DNA of 62,997 nucleotides, the filler included, from Octopus bimaculoides (taxonomy: Eukaryota): NCBI RefSeq assembly GCF_001194135.2. It is 9 parts of 9 records of this genome, joined end to end, with 100 filler letters (N's around TTAATTAATTAA, not from the genome) between each part and the next. Parts side by side here need not be neighbours in the genome. Positions count along the whole stretch, not along the records: positions 38,230 to 62,997 come from NC_068991.1; 8 more parts are not named here. One strand, written 5' to 3'. This document shows, one piece after another, positions 51,168-62,987 of this stretch (position 1 is its first letter; each line of letters starts with the position of its first letter). The notes beneath the pieces were generated by a model. The model was not told the DNA's origin. It worked only from the letters and a program-made list of their open reading frames with translations, and made no database searches. The position numbers and the translations under genes were made by a program.

Positions 51168-52327
51168 TTCAACATCCAAGCGTTCCCGCTTCTCTTCTGT
51201 CTCTTTTCCCGCAGACAGCGACCAAGCAAGACGTCAAAGCAAGCTCTCTTATTTGAGTGTGGTTGAACGAAGTTGTCTCTACAACGACACCAGCTCGAAG
51301 AACCGTACATCTACATTTCAGGCTACTCAAAAACCGGACAATTGGAAGCTGTTTTATTTTCCACCATACAATAAATATTTGTTGTTGTTGATCAGATTGG
51401 AGTTTCTGCGTTCAGTTCACTTCTAATTTAACATAGGAAAGTTAGGTGTACATCTAATGATGTATAACCCACTTTCCTAAACATCTAAAACGCATCCATA
51501 AAACAAACATACAAATCTGCGCATACACTAACACCAAATACTGCACACACACACATATGCACAAATACCTAGATGATGTTGATANNNNNNNNNNNNNNNN
51601 NNNNNNNNNNNNNNNNNNNNNNNNNNNNNNNNNNNNNNNNNNNNNNNNNNNNNNNNNNNNNNNNNNNNNNNNNNNNNNNNNNNNNNNNNNNNNNNNNNNN
51701 NNNNNNNNNNNNNNNNNNNNNNNNNNNNNNNNNNNNNNNNNNNNNNNNNNNNNNNNNNNNNNNNNNNNNNNNNNNNNNNNNNNNNNNNNNNNNNNNNNNN
51801 NNNNNNNNNNNNNNNNNNNNNNNNNNNNNNNNNNNNNNNNNNNNNNNNNNNNNNNNNNNNNNNNNNNNNNNNNNNNNNNNNNNNNNNNNNNNNNNNNNNN
51901 NNNNNNNNNNNNNNNNNNNNNNNNNNNNNNNNNNNNNNNNNNNNNNNNNNNNNNNNNNNNNNNNNNNNNNNNNNNNNNNNNNNNNNNNNNNNNNNNNNNN
52001 NNNNNNNNNNNNNNNNNNNNNNNNNNNNNNNNNNNNNNNNNNNNNNNNNNNNNNNNNNNNNNNNNNNNNNNNNNNNNNNNNNNNNNNNNNNNNNNNNNNN
52101 NNNNNNNNNNNNNNNNNNNNNNNNNNNNNNNNNNNNNNNNNNNNNNNNNNNNNNNNNNNNNNNNNNNNNNNNNNNNNNNNNNNNNNNNNNNNNNNNNNNN
52201 NNNNNNNNNNNNNNNNNNNNNNNNNNNNNNNNNNNNNNNNNNNNNNNNNNNNNNNNNNNNNNNNNNNNNNNNNNNNNNNNNNNNNNNNNNNNNNNNNNNN
52301 NNNNNNNNNNNNNNNNNNNNNNNNNNN

Positions 52328-52365
<38 letters not shown>

Positions 52366-52367
<2 letters not shown>

Positions 52368-52620
52368 GACGGGATTCTTTCAGTTTCTGTCTACCAAATC
52401 CACTCACAAGGCTTTGGTAGGCCCGAGGCTATAGTAGAAGACACTTGCCCAAGGTGCCACGCAGTGAACTAAACCCGATAAAACATTCTTTCAGTTTCGT
52501 TTACCAAATCCACTCACAAGGATTTGGTTGGCCCATAGTTATAGTAGAAGGCACTTGCCCAAAGTGTCACGCAGTGTTTACTGAACCATGTGGTTGAGAA
52601 GCAATCTTCTTGCCACACGT
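52366..52620 (-). mobile_element. Two tandem SINE family A 5' halves
   Basis: ttctttcagttt...ccaaatccactcacaagg...tagtagaag.cacttgccca occurs twice. Confidence 0.85.
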
Positions 52621-53209
52621 GCTATAGCAGTGATATATATACTTATCTCACATTTTATTTCACTATCACTAGCTTTATCTTGTATAATATAATCACTACT
52701 ATAAGTAAAATTTAGTATATTATGTTACGTCACCGCCCCCTAAACCCAAATGTTCCCTTCGACATGCCCAGCGTCCCCTTGGGCCGGTACCATCTACGTT
52801 GAGAACCCTTGGTGTGGTCGTGCAGATCAGCCCCAGTAATTATTTTTAAGCTTGGTACTTAGTCTATCACTTACTCTTTTGCTGAACCGCTAGCATACGA
52901 CGAAGTAAAGGAACTGATACCAGTAGTGAAACACAAGCACAATCACACACACACACACACACACACAATCACACACACACAAACAAATAAACAAACAAAC
53001 AATGTAACCGTTAATTCAGACATTTTTTTTTCTGTCGTCTTGTTTTCTCTCCGCACTCCTTTCTGTAGATGAGCGTAGGCACGAAACGACACAAATTTCT
53101 TCCATTTTTCCTGACCGTTAAACTAACACAACCTTTATAGTTGAAACTGTTAGAAAAACAAAAGTGCAACGTGGATTCATAGAATTCCATGGCTGTCATC
53201 CTACGGATA

Positions 53210-53466
53210 TAAAGTGGTTACTCATAATTTCTGAAACTCGTGCACATGGCACATTATGGTATATTCCACAATATACATTAGTTTAATATCTGGCTGACCC
53301 TCCTTTAGCATCAATTACCGCTTTTATACGGTTAGGCATTGAATCAGCTACTTTCTTGCAGGTGCTAGGCACAATTTTACTCCATTCTTTTCTCAACTTG
53401 TGTTACAAATGCTCTTTATTTTTAATTGTTGTGTTCCTGATAGCTTCACCAAGAGTTCCCCATAGG
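53210..53466 (-). mobile_element. Tc1 transposase C-terminus and 3' end
   Basis: LWGTLGEAIRNTTIKNKEHL, frameshift, KLRKEWSKIVPSTCKKVADSMPNRIKAVIDAKGGSARY*. Confidence 0.88.
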
Positions 53467-54670
53467 GAGGCGGAACGGACGCACATACGTTCGAATTCCT
53501 CTTGAACGGTGCAGAGGGAGGCCGAACGGAGGCACGTGCGTTCGAATTCCGCTCGAACGGCGCGGAGGGATGCCGAACGGACNNNNNNNNNNNNNNNNNN
53601 NNNNNNNNNNNNNNNNNNNNNNNNNNNNNNNNNNNNNNNNNNNNNNNNNNNNNNNNNNNNNNNNNNNNNNNNNNNNNNNNNNNNNNNNNNNNNNNNNNNN
53701 NNNNNNNNNNNNNNNNNNNNNNNNNNNNNNNNNNNNNNNNNNNNNNNNNNNNNNNNNNNNNNNNNNNNNNNNNNNNNNNNNNNNNNNNNNNNNNNNNNNN
53801 NNNNNNNNNNNNNNNNNNNNNNNNNNNNNNNNNNNNNNNNNNNNNNNNNNNNNNNNNNNNNNNNNNNNNNNNNNNNNNNNNNNNNNNNNNNNNNNNNNNN
53901 NNNNNNNNNNNNNNNNNNNNNNNNNNNNNNNNNNNNNNNNNNNNNNNNNNNNNNNNNNNNNNNNNNNNNNNNNNNNNNNNNNNNNNNNNNNNNNNNNNNN
54001 NNNNNNNNNNNNNNNNNNNNNNNNNNNNNNNNNNNNNNNNNNNNNNNNNNNNNNNNNNNNNNNNNNNNNNNNNNNNNNNNNNNNNNNNNNNNNNNNNNNN
54101 NNNNNNNNNNNNNNNNNNNNNNNNNNNNNNNNNNNNNNNNNNNNNNNNNNNNNNNNNNNNNNNNNNNNNNNNNNNNNNNNNNNNNNNNNNNNNNNNNNNN
54201 NNNNNNNNNNNNNNNNNNNNNNNNNNNNNNNNNNNNNNNNNNNNNNNNNNNNNNNNNNNNNNNNNNNNNNNNNNNNNNNNNNNNNNNNNNNNNNNNNNNN
54301 NNNNNNNNNNNNNNNNNNNNNNNNNNNNNNNNNNNNNNNNNNGTGCAGAGAGAGGCCGAACGGACGCACGCACGTTCGAATTCAGCTCGAACGGTGCAGA
54401 GGGAGGCCGAACGAACGTACGTAGGTTCGATACCGCTCGAACGGTGCAGAGGGAGGCGGAACGGACGCACGTACGTTCGAATTTCGCTCGAACGGTGCAG
54501 AGGAAGGCCGAACGGACGCACGTACTTTCGAATTCCGCTCGATCGGTGCAGAGAGAGGCCGAACGGACGCACGCACGTTCGAATTCAGCTCGAACGGTGC
54601 AGAGGGAGGCCGAACGGAGGCACGTGCGTTCGAATTCCGCTCGAACGGCGCGGAGGGATGCCGAACGGAC
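53463..54670. repeat. CpG-rich 51-bp tandem minisatellite, partly in gaps
   Basis: Unit about gaacggtgcagagggaggccgaacggacgcacgtgcgttcgaattccgctc; at least 8 visible copies on both sides of gap 53583-54342. Confidence 0.95.
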
Positions 54671-56102
54671 NNNNNNNNNNNNNNNNNNNNNNNNNNNNNN
54701 NNNNNNNNNNNNNNNNNNNNNNNNNNNNNNNNNNNNNNNNNNNNNNNNNNNNNNNNNNNNNNNNNNNNNNATAATAAAATGAATGTATGTGACTGCATCT
54801 GAAAGGGAAAAAAGAACAAAGAGAGAAGACAAGAAGGAAGAAAAGGAAAAGGTATGGCATAATAAAAAGAGTGAGTCTATAGAATGTCAAAAGTAGACAT
54901 CAAGATAACAATATATAGAATTAAAGAAATGAATTAATCAAAAACTCATCTGGTCTTACACCAGTTTTTTTTTTTTGTCTTTATTTATTATTCCCTCGTA
55001 TCATTTTATCTCCAATGATTCAATATCTATATTTATCAGTCAAATAAAGAGAAAATATTAAGCAATCAGAATAAATTATTGGTTTGAAAAATAATCTGGG
55101 AAGATTATTATCTCAGCATTTTATTATTATTATTATTAATATCATTATCTTCATCATCCTCATCATTGTCTTTCTTTTTGGCAGTGAGAACCATGTAAGA
55201 GAAAACATTTATTTGTTACAATTTTCAAGACTAAATGCATTAAATATCATATGACCATAGTTGAGAATGGTACTGGTGTCACATGAAATGGCACAGCAAT
55301 ACATTCACATTTATCTAGATCACATAGAAGGTCACTGGCAGAATTTTAACAATGAAGTACCAAGTCATTCACCATTTATTTTTCAGATGAAATATGGCCC
55401 TCAGTTTTAACATGTGATAAACCAAACAAAACATGACAATCAATCAATCAATACATATACATACATATATACATATATATATATATGTGTCATTGTTATT
55501 AACCAGACTGTCTGGTAGCATTATACACTGCTGCTAGAATGGCAGCTCATTGCATTGTTGAAGCTTTCAAATGATGTCACTCCAGTGGCAAGGCAGGCAG
55601 GTCGACATTTCCCTGAAATAGAATGCCAGTCCATTGCAAGATACTCATTTACAGCCAAATGGATTGGAGTAATATGAAATGAAGTGTCTTGCTCAAGAAC
55701 ACAATGCACCACCAGTCTGGGAGTTGAAACCACAAGCTTGCAATTGGGAGTGCAACACCCTAATCACTTAGCCATATGCCTTCATTGTGTGTGTGTGTGT
55801 GTGTGCATGTGTGTGTGTGATCAAAACGACTCCAAAAAGAGATGAGACTTGTGTTGGTCTGTGCCTGAATTTCCATCATGGGGAGTGGAAAAACCGAAAG
55901 TTTTGGACAGTCTTTTTCTCTGAGGAAAAGTTGACAGAAGAGAAATTAAGAGACTGCAGAGTTTTACATTCTCTACATTAGGAAAATTCTGCTACTGACT
56001 CTTTTTAATTTCTCTCTAGTCAATTTCTCTCTTGTCAATTTTTCTAAATGATACACACACATACATACATACATACATACATACATAGATGCATGCATGC
56101 AT

Positions 56103-56133
<31 letters not shown>

Positions 56134-56475
56134 AATTAATGAGAGTAGAAATAGATATCAATCAAGTAACATCAATTTAAACCAGTGGTCTAGCATATTA
56201 AAAAAAACCCCAAAGATTTAAAAATTATATTACAATTAATACAAGTAATGACCACTAAAGTGGATTCCTATATGCTAGNNNNNNNNNNNNNNNNNNNNNN
56301 NNNNNNNNNNNNNNNNNNNNNNNNNNNNNNNNNNNNNNNNNNNNNNNNNNNNNNNNNNNNNNNNNNNNNNNNNNNNNNNNNNNNNNNNNNNNNNNNNNNN
56401 NNNNNNNNNNNNNNNNNNNNNNNNNNNNNNNNNNNNNNNNNNNNNNNNNNNNNTATATATATATATATATATATG

Positions 56476-56507
<32 letters not shown>

Positions 56508-56625
56508 TGTATGTATGTATGTATGACAGACAACATATAACAATCAATTCATTTGATAATCAGTAAATATATTACAGGGATTCAACATACAGATATTTAA
56601 CATAAGACTTAAATTACAGATTTGG

Positions 56626-57736
56626 TCACCTACTTGGTGCAAATACTGTAGCAGAAGCAGTTTCTGCAGTAACATTAGTAGTAATAGCTGTAGAACTAGT
56701 TGTTGTTGCTTCTGTTTGTGTAGGTAACAGTGGGGTTATCAGTTTGGGGGCAGAGGGAGGAGTTGTTAACGTTGAAGTTACCACTGTAGGCACAGTAGGA
56801 GGTAACGTTGCAGTTACTAGAGTGGACGTAGAAGGGGTAGGTATTGTAGAGGTTACTAGTGTTTGTCCTGGAGGCAGTGGCAACATACAGGTTACTTGAG
56901 TTTGTGCAGGAAGAGGAGGAGGTAATGTTGTAGTTATTTGTGTTTGAGTAGGAGGGAGAGGTAACACAGAGGTTACTTGTGTAGGTGCAGGAGGAGGTAA
57001 CGTGGTGGCCAGTATTTGTGCAGGAGGGGGTGGTAATGTTGAAGTTACTTGTGCTTGCACAAGAGTGGGAGGTAATGCTGCAGTTTCCAGTGTGGATGTT
57101 GGTGGAGGAGGAGGAGGTAATGTAGTTGTTGTTACCAGTGCTGGTACTGACATCTGGGGAACACCAGAATTTACATTCGCTGGGTTCTCAGCTGAGCTGT
57201 TTTGACTTGCATCTGTCTTTGATGCCATTGTTGGAGACACAAGGTACATGTGAACAACAGTCTGCTTTTGATTCTTAGGACGTACTTCAACTAATATTAC
57301 TTTTTGAGTGCCGTTATCATTGCTAATCTCAGCTTCAGTGATGCTGACAATCTCATCTTGTAAAGTATTGATGTGTTTGTTCAAGCCCATTTGCTGTAGA
57401 AATGTTCTTGCCAATGAACTGCTATCTTTAACAACTTCAGCAGAGTTATCCACCAAATTTGGTGTGGCATTTTGATTAGTTGCAGGAATCTCTTTGCCAC
57501 CAACTGCTTTGGTTGACTCTGGAGTTTCCTCTGTGATAGTGGACGGACAAGTCTTGCTGCTGTCCACAGCACTGGTTGTAGCATTCTCTTCACCCGTACT
57601 CATTGATCCGCTCCGACCAAGTTCCATTAATATGCCCACAACCTCTTCCTCTGCATTTGTTTGGTTGTTGCTGACTTTCTCCTGTTGAGCTCTTTGGACC
57701 ACATTGTTAGGCTTTTTACCGGTTTCATTCCCAGTG
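56626..57736 (-). CDS. Probable terminal coding exon of an unidentified gene: acidic/low-complexity N-part, short globular-looking segment, Pro/Thr-rich repeats
   Basis: About 1.1-kb stop-free frame in AT-rich DNA; acceptor aacttgttttgcAG; ends ...VFAPSR TGA; repeat units diverge at codon level. Confidence 0.8.
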
Positions 57737-58424
57737 CTGCAAAACAAGTTCATGAAATCAACAAATTGAAGAACAGACAATATATCAAAAATCTCTTTGG
57801 CTTTTATAAAAATAGCAATAACTATACAGATTCAAGAACAATCATGGGCTATATATATATATAGATGTTTGCGAGACAACCAAAATGATGAAACTAGTCA
57901 AAAAGGTGGGAGAGAGAGAGAAAATAAGATAGGAAAAAAATAGGGAGAAAATGAAAGAGACAACATGAGTTGCATCTGGTATTTTATTAGATTTCTTTTG
58001 TTTTAAACGTAATTTCAGTACAATGTTATTATATATACACAGTAAAGATGTTTTATTTTGTTTTTTCATTTGGTTTGTAAGATTCTTGTTGTGAATTCAT
58101 GTGTTGAAACAGATTTTGTTGTATCTTGGAAAGGTCATTATGCCAATAACAAACATACATGCACTTGTTCTATTTTGCTTCTTGAATTACTATTTGTTAA
58201 TAGACTAACATTTAATCAATTAATTAACTGGTCTTCCATTGATCTTTCAGTCAATCAATCAGCTAGGCAAACAGACCTGGAGTAGAGAGGGAATATCATT
58301 GATAATATCACAATTGGTAACTAAATGACTTTGACCAACATAGCTGATAGATTGATTGTCCAAATGATAAATCAAACAATTGATTAGTTAATTGGTGTTA
58401 ACTAATTGGCTAATAATAATGATA

Positions 58425-58635
58425 ATTTCAAATTTTGACACAAGACCAGCAATTTTGGGGAAAGGAGCATGTTGATTGCATCAACCCCACTGTTCAATTG
58501 GTACTTATTTTATCAACCCCAAAATGATGTACAGCAAAGTCAACCTTGGCAGCATTTGAACTCAGAAAGTAAAGATGGACAAACTGCTGCTTAGCATTTT
58601 GCTTGGTGTGCTGACGATTCTGCTAGTTTGCCAAG
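58425..58635 (-). mobile_element. SINE family B
   Basis: tggtacttattttatcaaccccaaaatgatg...gcatttgaactcagaa...gattctgctag. Confidence 0.75.
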
Positions 58636-59699
58636 TGAAATAGAACCAGTGCATGTGTGTATTATCAGCATAATGACCCTCTCAAGATACAACAAAAAAT
58701 GTCATAATGAGAATTAAAAAAAGAAACAATTTCATACTTCCTGTATCAAATTATAATTTAGCAACAATTAATATTAATGGTCCAGATATTAAGTAGTAAA
58801 AGTGCTTGCATTAAATAGATGAATGAAAATTTGGTCCATGTCATGGCAGCATGAAAAATACGTTAAGACAAAGGTAACATTGATGATGAATAATAAGTTG
58901 AATTAACTGAAGGCAATAGAGTAATCAGTGTCATTAAGAAAATGAGTAATTAAGACAATAAGTCATGTAATATAACAGTTTCAGGAGACAAAACAATGAG
59001 CTGTTAATTATAATAATTAGTTGATGGTATTTTCACATCAAATTCGAATCACTGCTACTGATGAAAGTAAGTTAGATGGAAGTATAGTTAGAGGTTAGTG
59101 ATGTTGCTAAATATTGCAAATGGAAAATTCAGACTAAGCTCTCAGAGAAAAAAGACAGACCTAATATTAGACCAGCACAACAGCAGCAAAAAAGATAGAC
59201 CAGGCAAATTGCAACCTACAGGACTTTCTGAATGGCATACCCAACAAAAAATTATTTTGAGTTTTTTAAAGTAGCATAGCCTACTTGATGATGAAGTAGG
59301 TCTCATGTAGCCCACTTCTGGAAAAAAGTTACTTGTACTTGTTCTAGACCAACATGACATACAAAAAGATAGACTAACATAGCAGAGACAAAGACTGACC
59401 AAATTTTAGATCAATGTGATAGCCCCCCCCCCCCACNNNNNNNNNNACCAAAAAAAAAAAAAAGACCATCAGCAGAGAAAAATAATAAATTTTAAATCCA
59501 CAATTGTCAAGTGAGCTGGAAGACCAATGAATAAGAAAGTACCTGTGTGGTTGGTTGAATGATCTACAGGTTCATCTGACCTCAGACAAATAGCAACCAA
59601 ATCTTCAGATTACACCCTCCTATGTTAAAAAGATGAGGCACTGAATGATGCAAACGTTAACGCACTATGATTGGATAATAAATGGTTGGAACTATCATT

Positions 59700-59880
59700 A
59701 TTATCCTTTTACGTCCCCATTCCATGCTGGCATGGGTTTGCTGATTTCACAGGATCTGATGGGCCCAAGGACTGTATTGCATTTCAGTGTCTGTTTAGCA
59801 GGTTTTCTATAGCTGGATGCCCTTTCTAATGCCAACCACAAAGCACTGGCACAAGTGAGGTCACCAGTAACTCACAAGAC
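59700..59880 (-). mobile_element. Family C retroposon, decayed
   Basis: ccatgctggcatggg...agctggatgccctttctaatgccaacc. Confidence 0.7.
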
Positions 59881-60078
59881 AAGGCTCCTCACTGCTACCT
59901 AAACTGACCGTACATTAACACTACAGTCAACACTGACTGTACTATGACCACTACTGCCTAACTGAGCATAGTAAATGATCAATTATATGAATGGTCTTAC
60001 TATTATTATGGTATGTGAAAAACACAGGCAATGTATTTAATGAGAAATAAGATTATAAAAGACTGTTTGAAATACTCG

Positions 60079-60148
60079 AGCATTGCTTCAGCAATACATA
60101 TACTAAAATTGGAATGATACGCAAATTCGTGAAGCGTTCCATATTTTT
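60079..60148 (+). pseudogene. U6: U6 snRNA pseudogene with a 37-nt internal deletion
   Basis: ttgcttcagcaatacatatactaaaattggaatgatac joined to gcaaattcgtgaagcgttccatattttt matches U6 5' and 3' ends; ACAGAGA box, AGC triad and ISL are missing. Confidence 0.95.
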
Positions 60149-60246
60149 AAAACACCATTTTGAGCGTGGCCGTCGCCAGTACCGCCTGACTGGCCCTTGT
60201 GCCGGTGGTACGTAAAAGCACCCACTACACTCGCGGAGTGGTTAGC
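60149..60246 (+). mobile_element. 5'-truncated family C retroposon fused directly to U6
   Basis: aaaacaccattttgagcgtggccgt...cgtaaaagcacccactacactc matches the sense copy at 36530-36600. Confidence 0.85.
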
Positions 60247-60890
60247 GTAGTGGGTGCTTTATATATGCCACCGGCATGGGTGCCAGTTACGAAACACCAC
60301 AACTACGATTTCACTTGGCTTGACAGGTCTTCTCAAGCACAGTATATTGCCAAAGGTCATGGTCACTGATTCTGTGAGGCCCAAAGTTTGAAAGGTGCAA
60401 AACTGGCATAGGCTATGATTACAATTTCACTTGGCTTGACAGGTCTTCTCAAGCATGACATATTGCCAAAGGGATATATACATTATATTATCTCACTAAC
60501 ATGTCAAAAGCACCCAGGATACTCTGTTAAGTGACTGGCATTTGGAAGAGTGTCCAACCATAGAAACCATGCAAAAGTAGACATTGGATCTGCAGTCCTT
60601 TGGGTTCTGTTAAACTGCCCAATCCACGCCAGCATGCAAATGGATATCAAGTGCTGATGCCAAGTGAAAAGCACCTGTACCAATGCCACATAAAAGCACC
60701 TCCACTGGTGCTGTGTAAAAGCATCCGGTACATTCAGTAAAGTGGTTGGTGTTAAGAAGGACATTCAGCTGTAGAGACCATGCCAAAACAGCATGGAGCC
60801 TGGGTAGCTCTTCAACAGGCCAGCTCCGGTCAAACTGTCCAACCCAAGCCAGCATGGAAAATGGACATTAAATGATGACAATGACATTAT
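60247..60890. mobile_element. Cluster of family C fragments in both orientations
   Basis: Antisense gtagtgggtgcttt... with internal duplication at 60300-60470; two sense 3' ends at about 60500-60660 and 60690-60890. Confidence 0.7.
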
Positions 60891-61384
60891 AGTATGGGTC
60901 AGTCAGGACAGTAGTTACAGTATAGTCAATTAGAAGAGTAGCTATAGAATGGTCAGTTAAAACAACACATGTTTAGAGGATCAGCTAAGAGTATAGATAG
61001 GACAGAAAAAAGGATGTCACTGAAAGGTTTCCAAAACATGTTGACAAAGACTTTGTTAATATAAAGATGATTTTGCTACTGTGATTTCCTCTGCATTGCA
61101 TAAGTGTTTAGAGTGTGGTNNNNNNNNNNNNNNNNNNNNNNNNNNNNNNNNNNNNNNNNNNNNNNNNNNNNNNNNNNNNNNNNNNGGTAGCAATTGTGGG
61201 GTTTGTTAGGGGCAGGTACTAAAGGATGTCTGGAGACAGCTAGTGTAGAATGTGTATGACAAGCAGTGTTGAGTGTCTGGGGGACAGGCAGTGTAAGGTG
61301 TGTGCAAGGGAGGAGTCAGTGTAAGTGTGTTGGGAGCAAGCAGTATAGAAAGTGTGGGACAGTCAGTATATATTTATGTATGTG

Positions 61385-61590
61385 TGTATACGTCTGTGTT
61401 TGTCTCCTCACTACTGCTTGACAACCAGTATTGGTTTGTTTACATCCCAATAACTTAACAGTTCAGCAAAAGAGGCTAATAGAATAAGTACCAGGCTTAA
61501 AAAATATATGCTAGGGTCGATTTCTCTGATAAAACCCTTTGAGGCAGTGCCACAGCAAGGCCTCAGTCCAAAGACTGAAACAAGCAGTTA
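61385..61590 (+). mobile_element. SINE family A, 3' half
   Basis: tgtgtttgtc...gcttgacaacc...tagaataagtaccaggctt...gactgaaacaag. Confidence 0.8.
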
Positions 61591-62317
61591 CCAAAAAAAA
61601 AAAAAAAAAAAAAACGATCATGAAAATGAAGATGATACCAATATGGCAAACAACTTTCTCTTGTAGTGACAGTGAGGTGCCAAATTCTAAATTCATAGTT
61701 CTGTGTAGATATAGAAGGAAAGAGGAGAACCTGTGAGTAAACAATCACTGATATATGTGCACAGGTACACACCTATGCTGTCTGGAATAAAAACAGAAAA
61801 TTCCCCGTATAATTGATCCCTAAATAACAGTGCAGGCAAGAATTTACCTCAAAATTCAATGCCTAGTAAACCCAAATATTATGCTAAAATTATTGTGCAA
61901 ACAGACTTGTGCAACTGCAATTAAGAAATCTCACCATTTAATTTAGTTAATTGCAACCAACTAGGAATATGTGCTGACAGAAACAACAACTGTACATGTA
62001 AAACTGTACAACTGTAAAAGTGAAATGATTTGATTTCAACAGTGGAACTCAAAGTAGATAAAGCTATAAATAATAGTATATAAATATTGGGTTTAAAAAT
62101 CCTTTGGGTATAAAAAGTTGATTGGTGCCTGTGAAACTTGAACCCACATCTCCAGTAAACAAGACAGACATTCCACTATTACATGCTATTATTTATAGCT
62201 TCACCAACTTTGAGTTCCATGGTTATAACTGAATCAATTCAGATCTTTCAAGCTTTTCTAAATTCTAAAGTTCTAAAAAATGAAATATTGAGAAAATATA
62301 TAAATAAAAATACAGAG

Positions 62318-62433
62318 TTACATCCCAATAACTTAGCAGTTCAGCAAAAGAGGCTAATAGAATAAGTACCAGGCTTAAAAAATATATGCTAGGGTCGATT
62401 TCTTTGATAAAACCCTTTGAGGCAGTGCCACAG
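62318..62433 (+). repeat. 116-bp direct duplicate of 61440-61555
   Basis: Two mismatches by eye. Confidence 0.92.
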
Positions 62434-62887
62434 GATGATAAAATCTCAGTTACACCCATAAAAACAAAACATTTATTCCCAACAGATCACAATGACTATC
62501 AAATGAACCTCATTGGTTATGGACTACCTCAAATGTAAACCACTGAATCTTTTTTGTATAGGAACCAACTTTGAACCCACAAAATAATGGAAAGATCAAC
62601 CTAATAAGAGAGAAATTCAAAATAAAGATAATGCAAGAATTGAAAAAAAAAAAAACTTTGTTTAAAAAATATGATTGGAAAGATGTAAGACCTGAGTTAC
62701 ATAAATAATTTATAGGTTTGTAGGTCTCACCTGAAACTGGTAAAAATCAAAGAGAACTACTGAAAAGAAGTTGAGGGTTCATAATTTACATTTATCTTTA
62801 AATATATATATATATACAGGAATAAGCACATAAATGTGAAACAAGGTGGAAAAAATAGTACTTGAATACCAGAGGTAGAGTAATATG

Positions 62888-62987
62888 CTTTATTAAAAAG
62901 CAGCAGAAATATAACAAAAACTGTTACTATTCCTGTTCAAAATCTGAGTAACAGTTTTTGTGATATTTCTGCTGCTTTTTAATAAAG
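62888..62987. repeat. 41-bp inverted repeat with an 18-nt spacer
   Basis: ctttattaaaaagcagcagaaatataacaaaaactgttact and agtaacagtttttgtgatatttctgctgctttttaataaag; one mismatch. Confidence 0.9.

Noticed and set aside
53463-54670. CRISPR array or repeat-protein gene
   Set aside because: Units are contiguous with no unique spacers, no cas genes are present and the context is eukaryotic. Open frames on both strands follow simply from a 51-bp GC-rich unit.
60079-60148. Functional U6 snRNA gene
   Set aside because: Lacks the ACAGAGA box, AGC triad and ISL, and carries substitutions in the 5' stem-loop.
59240-61790. Upstream exons of the Pro/Thr-rich gene (candidates near 59290-59347, 59530-59570, 61640-61770)
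   Set aside because: Splice-like signals occur on both strands, phases do not join convincingly to the phase-2 acceptor at 57736, and there is no homology.
62123-62190. tRNA gene on the minus strand (ggttcaag B box, ends GGCACCA)
   Set aside because: No 5' strand to pair with the acceptor stem and a poor D arm; probably a decayed SINE head or tRNA pseudogene.
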